Origin: Armatimonadota bacterium
GTDB taxonomy: Bacteria; Armatimonadota; Armatimonadia; Armatimonadales; Armatimonadaceae
Direction of reading: 5' to 3'
Assembly (NCBI GenBank): GCA_043754515.1
Contig: JAYUUO010000270.1
Location: 1-24,087, forward strand
Length of the DNA: 24,087 nucleotides
Shown piece after piece: positions 7,420 to 16,841 of the stretch. Numbering within the stretch: the first letter of the stretch is position 1; each line of letters opens with the position of its first letter. The position numbers and the translations under genes were made by a program. The notes beneath the pieces were generated by a model that had not been told where the DNA came from, searched no databases, and saw only the letters and a list, made by a program, of their open reading frames with translations.

Positions 7420-8550
7420 TTACGCCCCGGCGGGGGGAGTGAACGAGGTCGTGAGATCCTGCGTCACCCCCGTTCGCGCGGCGCGGAATCCCGCCTCGAT
7501 GATCTCGACCACGTGACGAGCGTGCTCGGCGGAGGCACTGGAGGGAACCCCCTCGCGTACCCAGCGCACGAGTTGCATCGTGTCCTCGAATACGTGCGCC
7601 TCCTCCATGTCGGCGTGAACCGTGCCGTCTACATGCGGCAGGAGCCGGATCGGGTTACCGTTGTCACGCTCCGAGCCGGGATACTCGATCCGCTCGCCGT
7701 TCCGATTCAGCCCGACGACCGAGCCGCGCTCGCCGAAAATACTCGGTTGCCCGAACCCCGAGACGGACCCGGCGAATGTGCCGTGTACCAGCGCGAATAC
7801 GTTGTCCCCGAAGTCGAGCGTCAGGAGCGAGTTGTCGTCCGCGTCGCACGGGTACATCCGCCCGTTCCATTCCCGCTCCCGTATCGCGACCCCGCTCATC
7901 GCCGACACGCGCTTCGCGGGGCCGAGTAGCCCGGTTAATGTGTGTAGGCCATAGACCGACATGTCATAAAGCGGCCCACCGCCTGGCGTGCGCCAGTACC
8001 AGGATGGGTTGACGTTGCTGAGCACGTCGCCCCCGCTCCGCACCCCCTCTTTCTCGTGGTACGCCCCGAACGCCGCCCCGGTGACTGCCCAGGCGATCCG
8101 CCCGAGGACGCCGTCCTCAATCATCTTGCGCAGGCGCAGGTTGGACGGGCGGAGCATCTGCCCCGGTGACGCGACGAGTTTTAACCCGCCCCCCGACGCT
8201 TCTTTGATAATCTCGGTCGCCTCGGCGGCGGTGACTGTCATGGTCTTGTTGAAGTGGACATGCTTCCCGGCGCGGACCGCCGCGAGTCCCTGCTCGTAGT
8301 GGAGACCGATAGGCGAGCAGAGGACCACGGCATCCACTTCGGCGTCGGCGAGTAGCTCCTCATATGTGTCGTAGGCGCGGCGCACGCCGTATTTGTCGGC
8401 GGCGGCCCGCGCCCGCCCCGCCACCGGGTCACATACCGCGATCAGCCGCGCCTTTTCCTGAACATCGGGAAGGCACAGGTGGGCGAGTGCCCCGCGAATC
8501 CCGATGCTCCCCGCCCCGACGATTCCGATCCCGACTGGTTTACCGCTCAT
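7420..8550 (-). CDS. Gfo/Idh/MocA family oxidoreductase
   Basis: IGIVGAGSIG Rossmann motif, AGKHVHFNKTM, GGGPLYDMSVY; ATG at 8550 preferred as start. Confidence 0.92.
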   Translation of the reverse strand: MSGKPVGIGIVGAGSIGIRGALAHLCLPDVQEKARLIAVCDPVAGRARAAADKYGVRRAYDTYEELLADAEVDAVVLCSPIGLHYEQGLAAVRAGKHVHFNKTMTVTAAEATEIIKEASGGGLKLVASPGQMLRPSNLRLRKMIEDGVLGRIAWAVTGAAFGAYHEKEGVRSGGDVLSNVNPSWYWRTPGGGPLYDMSVYGLHTLTGLLGPAKRVSAMSGVAIREREWNGRMYPCDADDNSLLTLDFGDNVFALVHGTFAGSVSGFGQPSIFGERGSVVGLNRNGERIEYPGSERDNGNPIRLLPHVDGTVHADMEEAHVFEDTMQLVRWVREGVPSSASAEHARHVVEIIEAGFRAARTGVTQDLTTSFTPPAGA

Positions 8551-8642
8551 TGTTTGGTACACTCTCTTTCGTATGGTTTGACTTTCGTTTCGCGGACGGG
8601 CTATTTCCCGCCGTGCGCTTCCGTTTGCGGAGGACCTGTTTT

Positions 8643-9341
8643 ATGCGCCCCTTACGCGGCATCATCTTTGACTTCGACGGCACGATTCTCGATACCGAAA
8701 CGCCCGAGTACGAGGCGTGGCAGATCATTTGCGCGGGTCACGGCGTGACGCTCCCCCTGGCGGTTTGGGCCACGGGGGTCGGGATCGGCGTGGACGAAAA
8801 CCCGTTCGACCCGTACGTCTACCTCGCCCAAAATAGCGCGAAGTCGGTTGACCACCAAGCCGTCCGCACACAGCGGGACGCCCTTTTCGCCGACCTCATC
8901 GCGCGGCAACACCCCCGCCCCGGCATCCTCGCCCTGCTCGCGGACGCGACGGAGGCTGGCCTGCATATCGGGCTGGCGTCGTCATCGGGCCACTCATGGG
9001 TTGACACCTATTTAGCCCGCCTCGACCTACTTTCCTTCTTTCCCGTCCGACTCTGCGCGGATGACGTAACGCGCACGAAGCCCGACCCCGAGTTATACAC
9101 GCGCTGTCTCGCCGCGCTCGGCCTCGCGCCGGACGAGGCGTTCGCGCTGGAAGATTCGCCGAACGGTATTCGCGCCGCGATCGCCGCGAACCTGTTCTGC
9201 GTCGCCTATCCGAACTCGCTGACGAGTCTGCTCGACGGAATAGGACTCGCGGACCTACGAACCGACGACCTGGCGGAGTTGCCGCTGACGGAAATCATCG
9301 GGCGGATGCGCGCGCGGAATCGAGCGGGCCAGCCCCGGTAA
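8643..9341 (+). CDS. HAD-superfamily phosphatase (beta-PGM/CbbY-like)
   Basis: FDFDGTILDTE, LASSS, KPDPELY, EDSPNG; GGAGG RBS before ATG 8643. Confidence 0.93.
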   Translation: MRPLRGIIFDFDGTILDTETPEYEAWQIICAGHGVTLPLAVWATGVGIGVDENPFDPYVYLAQNSAKSVDHQAVRTQRDALFADLIARQHPRPGILALLADATEAGLHIGLASSSGHSWVDTYLARLDLLSFFPVRLCADDVTRTKPDPELYTRCLAALGLAPDEAFALEDSPNGIRAAIAANLFCVAYPNSLTSLLDGIGLADLRTDDLAELPLTEIIGRMRARNRAGQPR

Positions 9342-9359
9342 AAATCGTCCGTGTAGGCG

Positions 9360-9385
9360 GTTTACGTCGTATCACTCGCGGGAAT
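9360..9385 (+). promoter_or_regulatory. SigmaB/SigF-like general stress promoter
   Basis: GTTTAC-N14-GGGAAT matches the GTTTAA-N12-14-GGGWAW consensus. Confidence 0.5.
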
Positions 9386-9479
9386 AACTTCCCAGTTGGC
9401 GACGAAATGATCACCGACGAGCAATCCAAATCTATCGAAAACATCACCGCGTGGGTCGCGGTGACCTTGGAGCAAAACA

Positions 9480-10082
9480 ATGGCGAACGACAACATTCAA
9501 CACGGCATAGACAACAACCCGAGCGGCGACGCCGAAAAGGGCGCGGCACTCGGCGGCGTCGGCGGCCTGGTAACCGGCGCGATGGCAGGCTCGGTAGCGG
9601 GTCCGGTCGGCATGGTGGTCGGCGCGCTGATCGGCGGCGTGGCGGGCGCGGCGGCGTCCGGCGCGGCTGTCGCGGCGGTTGACCGCGTGGACAACGATAA
9701 CACGGTTTCTGGCCTCGGCGGCAACACCAACGACGGTAACTCGATGTACGAGACCGACGACAACGGTGGCCGCTACCGCACCGACACTTCGGGTAATCGC
9801 ATCTACACCGATGAGACGGGGGCACATTACCACACGCACATCACGACCGGCGAGCGCAACTACGTGACCAACCCGATGTTCGGCACGACCAGCACCAGCC
9901 GGCTCGGTACTGGCGCGACTGGCATTAATCAACTCAGCAATGAGTCTATGCCGTCCATCAAGACCGGCGGGTATGCGAACGACGGCACCCCGGACACCCG
10001 CGGTGCCGGCGAGAAGTTGGTGGACGCGGTGACCGGCGATGTGCGCGACGACAAGACCGGCAAGGTGGTTGACCACCGCTAA
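9480..10082 (+). CDS. Glycine-zipper protein, probable general stress/membrane-associated protein
   Basis: GxxxG run (GAALGGVGGLVTGAMAGSVAGPVGMVVGALIGGVAG) then a hydrophilic D/N/T/G-rich tail; GGAG RBS. Confidence 0.8.
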   Translation: MANDNIQHGIDNNPSGDAEKGAALGGVGGLVTGAMAGSVAGPVGMVVGALIGGVAGAAASGAAVAAVDRVDNDNTVSGLGGNTNDGNSMYETDDNGGRYRTDTSGNRIYTDETGAHYHTHITTGERNYVTNPMFGTTSTSRLGTGATGINQLSNESMPSIKTGGYANDGTPDTRGAGEKLVDAVTGDVRDDKTGKVVDHR

Positions 10083-10313
10083 TCATCCCGAGATGGTTTG
10101 GACTCTGTTGTCCAAAAGACCGGGGTAATACCCGAAGTCCCGCCCACCGGTTGTCCGTGGGCGGGACTTCCGCCGTTCAGGGGCGCGGGATCATCCCCGC
10201 GGTTCTTGTCGTCGCCCTTCTCTTGCTCTATAATGCGCCGGAGGCGACGCCGATACGAGCGAACCAAACTAGGCAAACATGCCCGTACCGCGCCTCCGGG
10301 AGCAACACTTTTC

Positions 10314-11063
10314 TTGGACACAACAACCCGCTCGCCGGGTCATAACCCGATCACGCTTCTCGGGATGCGCATTGACCGCGTGACGATGGACGAAAGCCTA
10401 GCGCTGATCGAGCGTTACATCGCGGAGCGGAGTCCGCGCCACATCCTCACCGCCGACGCCTCCATGGTGGTGACCGCCGCCGCCGACCCCGAGTTCGCCG
10501 CCATCGCCGCCAAAGCCGACCTGGTGACGCCGGACGGCGCGGGGATCCTGTGGGCGTCGAAGCGGCGGGGCAACCCCGTTACTGCCAAGGTGAGCGGGGT
10601 GGTGCTCGCCGAACGGTGCGTCGAGCTTTCGCAGACGAAGGGCTGGCGCGTCTTCTTCTTCGGCGCGGGGGCGGGGATCGCCGAGGAGGCGCGGGCGCGA
10701 ATGCTGGCTCGCTACCCCGATGCGCAGATCGTCGGCTACCGCGACGGCTTCTTCAAGCCGGAGGAGGAATCCGATGTCGCCGCGCGGATACGCGACGCGA
10801 AGCCGGATATTCTGCTGGTCGCGCTCGGCATCCCGAAGCAGGAGAAGTTCATTGACCGGCACCGGGACGACTTAGGAGTGCCGGTCATGATCGGGGTCGG
10901 CGGCACGTTCGACGTTTTCAGCGGCGCGGTGAAGCGCGCGCCCGTCTGGATGCAGAACGCTGGACTGGAATGGTTGCACCGCCTCGCCGCGAACCCGAAA
11001 AAGATCAGCAAGGTCGCCATGTTGCCCCAGTTCGTGCGGATGGTGCTGACGGAGAAAACATAG
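10314..11063 (+). CDS. WecB/TagA/CpsF family glycosyltransferase (GT26)
   Basis: ADLVTPDGAGI, KVSG, LLVALGIPKQEKF, GVGGTFD, KRAPVWMQNAGLEWL; start estimated at TTG 10314. Confidence 0.92.
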   Translation: MDTTTRSPGHNPITLLGMRIDRVTMDESLALIERYIAERSPRHILTADASMVVTAAADPEFAAIAAKADLVTPDGAGILWASKRRGNPVTAKVSGVVLAERCVELSQTKGWRVFFFGAGAGIAEEARARMLARYPDAQIVGYRDGFFKPEEESDVAARIRDAKPDILLVALGIPKQEKFIDRHRDDLGVPVMIGVGGTFDVFSGAVKRAPVWMQNAGLEWLHRLAANPKKISKVAMLPQFVRMVLTEKT

Positions 11064-11320
11064 ACCCGCGTGGTGCCTCCCGTACGCTTGTAGCGAAACT
11101 GCTGGGAGGAACCCGGGAAGCGGTTCCCGAACGGTACCGGGCGGCGTCGCCCGCGGTTAGCGTTTCCGCCAAATCCGCACCGTTCCTGATCTTCCAGGGC
11201 ACTCAGGACACGTTAGTACCGATGCAACAGGCAGTCCGCCTCGACACCGCATTGCACAAATCAGGCGTCCGGTCCGCCGCGGATCAGATCGCGTGTTTCG
11301 ATTTCATCGTCTGTCATCTG
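11063..11320 (+). pseudogene. C-terminal remnant of an alpha/beta hydrolase (esterase)
   Basis: LLGG...YRAASP...APFLIFQGTQDTLVPMQQA..L..AL.KSGV is typical of esterase C-halves; no start codon, no GxSxG, no catalytic His loop. Confidence 0.7.
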
Positions 11321-11699
11321 TCATTCCTGCCCTCCGCCAGTGGAGTGGCGCGAACGGCGCGAACGGTTCGTTTTTAATTTTCCGTGGACTTACGCGGTCT
11401 GGCTCTTCGCCGTCCGCGTCTGTCCGTCTCCCCTGCGAGCGGCGACCCGACGCCCGACACGCTGGTTTTTGCCGAACAAAAGGAACATTTTCCCTCGCCG
11501 CGGAAATCACCGGGGATGCCGCCCCCGAATCAGACCAACCGAGAGCGGAAATATAGGGCATAATGCGTATAGCCTATGGTCTTCAACAGGGTAAGGAACC
11601 CTTCCCCCGTACCGCATCGCGGCGAGTACGGCGGGCGATCCATCCGGCGCATACACTCCAACTATATCCCTTGACGCCAAGACGCGAAAGAAAACTATC

Positions 11700-13592
11700 A
11701 TGCGAACTAACCTCCCCTTTATCTTCGGTCTCCTCCGGCGTCTCGCCCTGACGCTGTTGCCGGTCGTCACCACAGTCTGTATCGTCCAAGCGGCGCAAGC
11801 CGACTCGACGATCGTGTTGAACGCGAACGACCTGCAACAGCGGATAGACGGCTTCGGCGCGTCCAGTGCCTGGCTTGGCGGTGCTGTACGCCAGTATCCG
11901 ACAGGTCAACAGAACCAGATCCTCGATCTGCTCTTCTCGCCGACCACGGGCGCGGGGCTGTCGCTTCTGCGGCAGCGCATCCCGTACGACCTCGAACCGT
12001 CGCCGGGGCGGTTCGACTTCTCCGGGGACGATGACATCCTGTGGCTGTCGAAACAGGCGGCGCAACGCGGCATGACACAGGTCTGGAGCACGCCGTGGTC
12101 GCCCCCCGCATGGATGAAGACGAACGGGGACGTAAACAACGGCGGAGAACTCGCCCCGGCGCACTACCAGGACTACGCCGATTACCTGGCGGCCTACGTC
12201 CGGCATGAGCAGGCGGTGCTCGGGAGCGTGTTCGGCGCGATCAGCCTCCAGAACGAGCCGGATTTCAACGCGTCCTACGAATCCTGCCTCTGGAGTGGCG
12301 CGCAATTCCACGACTTCCTGAAGGGATACCTGATACCGACGTTCCGCCGCGACCAGATTTCAACTTCCCTCATCCTGCCCGAGAACAGTCAGTGGTCGGA
12401 CGAAAAAGCGTCCGAAACGCTCAAAGACCCTTACACCGCAGGATATGTCGGAGTCGTGGCGACGCATGTGTACGGCGGCACCATCGCACCGTTCGCGGAC
12501 GCCCGCGCCGCCGGGAAGCCGGTCTGGGAGACAGAAGTCTCGAATCTCGGCGGGGATGATTCCTCAATGGCGGATGGGCTGACATGGGCCGTCAATATCC
12601 ACCAATGCCTCACGATAGCCAATGCCAGCGCGTGGCACTACTGGTGGCTCTGGACGACGCCGGGGGCGGGGCAGGGGTCGGGGCAGGGGGTGATGAACCT
12701 GAACACTGACAACATGACTTACACCGTGAACAAGCGGCTCTGGACTATCGGCAACTTCAGCCGGTTCGTCCGCCCCGGCTTTCAGCGGCTCACACTCTCT
12801 TCGGATCAGCCGGAGTCGAACATCTACGCGAGCGCGTTTCGCGACCCGCTGACGGGGAAAATCGCGATTGTCGTGATTAACAACACGGATGCCCCCGCGA
12901 ACATCACCGTGAAGACGCCCGTGTTCTCGCTCGCGAACGTGACGCCGTATCGCACCTCGGCCACCGAGAACCTCGCCCCGCTCAGCCCGATCGCGGTGGC
13001 GGGTGGGCAGTTCATCACCCCCACGCCCCCGCGCTCGGTGACGACCTACATCGGGCGGGGGGTGGTGTCGAACCTCGCCGGGGCGATCCGCGTTCGCGCC
13101 GGCGGTACCGCGACCGGTAACTTCCTGGACGACGTTGACTACAGCGGCGGCACCTCTTTCGCGGCAACGGCGGCGGTAGACACGAGCGGCGTCGCGCAAG
13201 CGGCACCGATGAGCGTCTACCAGACGCAACGATACGGCCGCTTCCTCTACACGTTCCCCGGATTAAAGCCGCGAACGACGTACACGGTTCGCCTGCATTT
13301 CGCGGAGACTTACTGGTCACTGCCCAGACAGCGCGCCTTCAACGTCGCGATAAACCGACAGGTCGTACTGAAAGACTTCGACGCGCTGAAAGCGGCGGGC
13401 GGGCCGAACAGGGCGGTCGTCGAGACGTTCATGGTCAACACCGGTGCCGCGACGATGATCGCGCTCCAGTTCACGAACGGCGCGGCGGATAACGCCATGG
13501 TCTCAGGCATCGAAATCCTACCGGGCGGCCAGAGCGTCGCCAAACAGACGTCGGACACGTCGTTGACGGAGGGACGCGGCAAGGATCGGTAA
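11700..13592 (+). CDS. Secreted GH30 glycoside hydrolase (xylanase-like) with C-terminal malectin domain
   Basis: Signal peptide; QRIDGFGAS, WSPPAWMKTN, QNEPD (acid/base), VWETE (nucleophile), NFSRFVRPG; malectin VYQTQRYG...VRLHFAE...FNVAIN...SGIEI. Confidence 0.92.
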   Translation: MRTNLPFIFGLLRRLALTLLPVVTTVCIVQAAQADSTIVLNANDLQQRIDGFGASSAWLGGAVRQYPTGQQNQILDLLFSPTTGAGLSLLRQRIPYDLEPSPGRFDFSGDDDILWLSKQAAQRGMTQVWSTPWSPPAWMKTNGDVNNGGELAPAHYQDYADYLAAYVRHEQAVLGSVFGAISLQNEPDFNASYESCLWSGAQFHDFLKGYLIPTFRRDQISTSLILPENSQWSDEKASETLKDPYTAGYVGVVATHVYGGTIAPFADARAAGKPVWETEVSNLGGDDSSMADGLTWAVNIHQCLTIANASAWHYWWLWTTPGAGQGSGQGVMNLNTDNMTYTVNKRLWTIGNFSRFVRPGFQRLTLSSDQPESNIYASAFRDPLTGKIAIVVINNTDAPANITVKTPVFSLANVTPYRTSATENLAPLSPIAVAGGQFITPTPPRSVTTYIGRGVVSNLAGAIRVRAGGTATGNFLDDVDYSGGTSFAATAAVDTSGVAQAAPMSVYQTQRYGRFLYTFPGLKPRTTYTVRLHFAETYWSLPRQRAFNVAINRQVVLKDFDALKAAGGPNRAVVETFMVNTGAATMIALQFTNGAADNAMVSGIEILPGGQSVAKQTSDTSLTEGRGKDR

Positions 13593-14267
13593 GAAAATGA
13601 TCGCCGCGCTTACCAGAGGCATCGTCCCCGCCTCCGGTATCGTAATGCTCGCCCTCCCGACGATCAGATTCGTCACTGAAGGGAAATAGGAGTCTGATCC
13701 CGTGTAGCGGATCGTGACCGAGGAGAGCGGCGTCTGCCTTTGAATCCCTAAAAACGGCTGAAGATTCGCGGCCGTTGCACTGACCAGTTGCGTCGTGCCG
13801 TCGCTAAGAAGCAGCATTATCGAGCCGGGTTGCGCGGATCCGGCGGTATCGGCGGGGAAGAAGTTTCCCCCGAATGACGTAACGGGGAGACCTAAAAAGG
13901 TGAAGATCAGATCGGATCCGGTCGCCGGGCTGATCGCGAGCAACGCCGTGTTCGACGACGAGGGCGGGGCGACATAGATCCCCCCGCCGCTGTCGGTCGT
14001 GACGTTGTACGAGTAGCCGCCCGAATTGCCGTCGGTGAACGCCAGCGGCTCCGTATAGTTGGACTGGGACAGTCCCGAGAAGGACTCCCGGTAGTAGCCG
14101 GGGCGCGTGCCATTCAGGAACGACGTCGCGTCGAACGTCACGACATCCGCCCGGGCGGCGTGGTCACAGAGCCATGCGGTAGCGAAGCAGAACACGGTAG
14201 CGGCGATTTTCTGGATCAGTCGCGTGTGGGAGATTGGCTGCGGGGAGGCGGTGGTTTGAAACGACAT
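13518..14267 (-). CDS. PEP-CTERM-like secreted surface protein (PEAG variant)
   Basis: Signal peptide ending AARA; S/T/G-rich body; C-terminal IPEAGT, TM helix, RQRRVRR. Start at ATG 14267 (the ORF track starts at 14309). Confidence 0.8.
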   Translation of the reverse strand: MSFQTTASPQPISHTRLIQKIAATVFCFATAWLCDHAARADVVTFDATSFLNGTRPGYYRESFSGLSQSNYTEPLAFTDGNSGGYSYNVTTDSGGGIYVAPPSSSNTALLAISPATGSDLIFTFLGLPVTSFGGNFFPADTAGSAQPGSIMLLLSDGTTQLVSATAANLQPFLGIQRQTPLSSVTIRYTGSDSYFPSVTNLIVGRASITIPEAGTMPLVSAAIIFLPILAASLRQRRVRRLFGDALAAR

Positions 14268-14463
14268 TGTGGTTCCGTTTTCTTTCTCAGAGATATTCGG
14301 GATGAGCACTATCTCCGATACGGCTTACACTATCACACAACCATCACGTTTCTCCCGCCCGCCCACTTTTTCGCGGTGTTGTCGGCCCGGAAGGAGCAAA
14401 GGCTCCCGCGCCCCGGGCTCTCCCTTCCGCCCTTCGTCTGATACAATTTTGACCGGTATACTT

Positions 14464-16131
14464 ATGAACAGCGACACCCTGCGCCCCGAACCCGCCCCGA
14501 GCCGCCATACGCCTCCCCGCGAGACGTTCCGCCAACTGGTCGAGCGCGCCCGCGAAGCGTCCGGCGACAAAACCGTTGTCGTCCCGGTCTGGCGCGACAC
14601 GCTCGCGGATATGGAAACGCCCGTGTCCGCGTTCCGCCGCATCGCGCATCGCCCGAACGCGTTCCTACTCGAATCCGTCGAGGGCGGCGAGAACCTGGGC
14701 CGCTACTCGTTCCTGGGGGCCGACCCGCGCATGACGTTTCGGAGCAAGGGGCGCGCGGTGATCGTGACTGAAAACGGCGTTCCGCGCGCCGAAACCCTGC
14801 CCACCGACGCCGACCCGCTCACGATCCTGGAACGCTATCTCGCCGGTATCCACTACGTCGCGCTCCCCGACCTGCCCCGGTTCGTCGGCGGCGCGGTCGG
14901 CTACATCGGCTACGATTGGGTGCGCTTTTTAGAGCCGGTAGGAGACGACACCGAGGACGATCTCGGCGTGGACGATGTCCACCTGCTTTTTGCCGACACG
15001 CTCGCCATCTTCGACCACGTCCGGCACCGACTGAAGGCACTCGCGAACGCTTCGGTCACGCCGGGCCAGGATATTGACGCGGCGTATAACGACGCCACGG
15101 CGCGCGCGGACGGTCTCCTCGCCACGCTCGTCTCGACGCCCCCCGATCCGTCGTGGGCGGCGGAGGGCGGCGGTGCCGGGAGCCGGGGCGCGTTCACGTC
15201 GAACATGACGCCGGACGCGTACCGAAATATGGTGCTAGCCAGCAAAGAGTATATCGCGGCGGGTGATGTGTTCCAGGTCGTCGTGGCGCAACGGTTCTCG
15301 AAACCGGTGACGGCCGACCCGTTCGACGTGTACCGCGCCCTGCGCTCGCTAAACCCGTCCCCCTATATGTACTACCTCGCGCTCGACTCGGGCGTGACGC
15401 TTGTCGGGGCGTCGCCCGAGATTCTTTGCACCGTGGAAGGCGGCAAGGTAACGGTGCGCCCTATCGCCGGGACCCGTCCGCGCGGCAAGACGCCCGAAGA
15501 GGACGCCGCGCTCGCCGCCGAACTACTCTCCGACGAGAAGGAGCGGGCCGAGCATATCATGCTGGTGGACCTCGGCAGGAACGACGTGGGGCGGGTCGCG
15601 AAGTACGGCTCCGTACATGTGGACGAGCTGATGGTGATCGAGAAATACAGCCACGTCATGCACATCGTCTCGAACGTTTCCGGCGAACTGCTCGATGATA
15701 AGACGCCGTTCGACGTGCTCCGCGCGACGTTCCCGGCGGGCACGCTGTCCGGCGCGCCGAAGGTGCGGGCTATGCAAATTATTGAGGAGCTAGAGCCGAC
15801 CCGGCGCGGCACGTACGGCGGCGCGATCGGCTACTTCTCGCTGAACGGCAATTTGGACGCGGCGATCACGATCCGCACGGTGCTGATCAAGAACGGCGTC
15901 GCGCATGTTCAGGCGGGGGGCGGCATCGTCGCCGACTCCGACCCGGACGCGGAGTATCTCGAGACGGTTAAAAAGTCAGAGGCGGGTCGCCGCGCGGTCG
16001 AGATCGCGGAGCGGGGTTTAGACACGCTGTTCCAACCGGCGGGCGTGACGGCGGGGAGTGTCGGCGACCGGTGGAACCGGCTAGAAATAGAGGCAGTACG
16101 GGACACTCCCGTAGTGAACCGAAGGGGGTAA
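14464..16131 (+). CDS. trpE: Anthranilate synthase component I
   Basis: FLLES, NPSPYM (Trp-feedback motifs), ASPE, RPIAGT, KERAEHIMLVDLGRND, PAGTLSGAPK. Confidence 0.93.
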   Translation: MNSDTLRPEPAPSRHTPPRETFRQLVERAREASGDKTVVVPVWRDTLADMETPVSAFRRIAHRPNAFLLESVEGGENLGRYSFLGADPRMTFRSKGRAVIVTENGVPRAETLPTDADPLTILERYLAGIHYVALPDLPRFVGGAVGYIGYDWVRFLEPVGDDTEDDLGVDDVHLLFADTLAIFDHVRHRLKALANASVTPGQDIDAAYNDATARADGLLATLVSTPPDPSWAAEGGGAGSRGAFTSNMTPDAYRNMVLASKEYIAAGDVFQVVVAQRFSKPVTADPFDVYRALRSLNPSPYMYYLALDSGVTLVGASPEILCTVEGGKVTVRPIAGTRPRGKTPEEDAALAAELLSDEKERAEHIMLVDLGRNDVGRVAKYGSVHVDELMVIEKYSHVMHIVSNVSGELLDDKTPFDVLRATFPAGTLSGAPKVRAMQIIEELEPTRRGTYGGAIGYFSLNGNLDAAITIRTVLIKNGVAHVQAGGGIVADSDPDAEYLETVKKSEAGRRAVEIAERGLDTLFQPAGVTAGSVGDRWNRLEIEAVRDTPVVNRRG

Positions 16132-16135
16132 GATT

Positions 16136-16447
16136 ATGAGCATCGTCGTCGTCTTTCGGTCCCGGCTACGCCCCGAGAACGTCGCCGAGTATAAGGCGAC
16201 GCAGGGCGAAATCGCGGCACTGGCGCGGCAACAGCCCGGCATCATCGCCTTCAAGACGTTCACGGCGGACGACGGCGAGCGCGTGACCGTGGTCGAGGCG
16301 ACGTCGGAAGAGGCCGTTACCGCGTGGCGCGAACAGGCGCGGCACAAGGAGGCGCAACGCGCGGGGCGCGACCGTTTCTACTCGGAGTACCGGTTGCAGG
16401 TGTGCGAGGTGCTACGCGACTACGGCTTCGGGCGCGGGGAGGAGTAA
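16136..16447 (+). CDS. Antibiotic biosynthesis monooxygenase (ABM) domain protein
   Basis: VVFRSRLR...QQPG...AWREQARHKEAQRAGRDRFYSEYRLQVCEV. Confidence 0.88.
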   Translation: MSIVVVFRSRLRPENVAEYKATQGEIAALARQQPGIIAFKTFTADDGERVTVVEATSEEAVTAWREQARHKEAQRAGRDRFYSEYRLQVCEVLRDYGFGRGEE

Positions 16448-16517
16448 GGAGAGGACAATTCATTGTCCGCCACCTAGCCGCAAGCGCATTGTCCGCTCTC
16501 CTCTACCGCAAGCGCAT
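16447..16517. repeat. Short tandem plus inverted repeat after the ABM gene
   Basis: CATTGTCCGC-N7/9-CCGCAAGCG twice (16461-16514); AGGAGAGGACAAT pairs with ATTGTCCGCTCTCCT. Confidence 0.55.
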
Positions 16518-16841
16518 CCCGCCCGCGTTCTTGCGAACGCTAGGGGGGTAAGTTACGCGACAACGCTTCCGCGCGAACTATCACCGGGACGATTATTTCG
16601 CGAGAACCCGCCATAGCCAACGACCTGGCATCGGACGGGAACGTCTCGTGCCCGACACCCCACCAGCCCTTCTCTGAACCGCCAGCGCGAGGCCCGTCCC
16701 GCAAACCGATTACTTTTTGTTGCCCTTCCCCGCCCGCCCTGTGTTATCGTATACCGTACACGCGTGGGCGACCACGAACCCGCGCATTCCCCGGCCGCGA
16801 AAACCGCGCCGACCGCAAGCGCGTAAGAACAGGAGTGAGAC

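Noticed and set aside
16461..16517. CRISPR-like repeat
   Set aside because: Only two short units with 7-9 nt variable parts and no cas genes.
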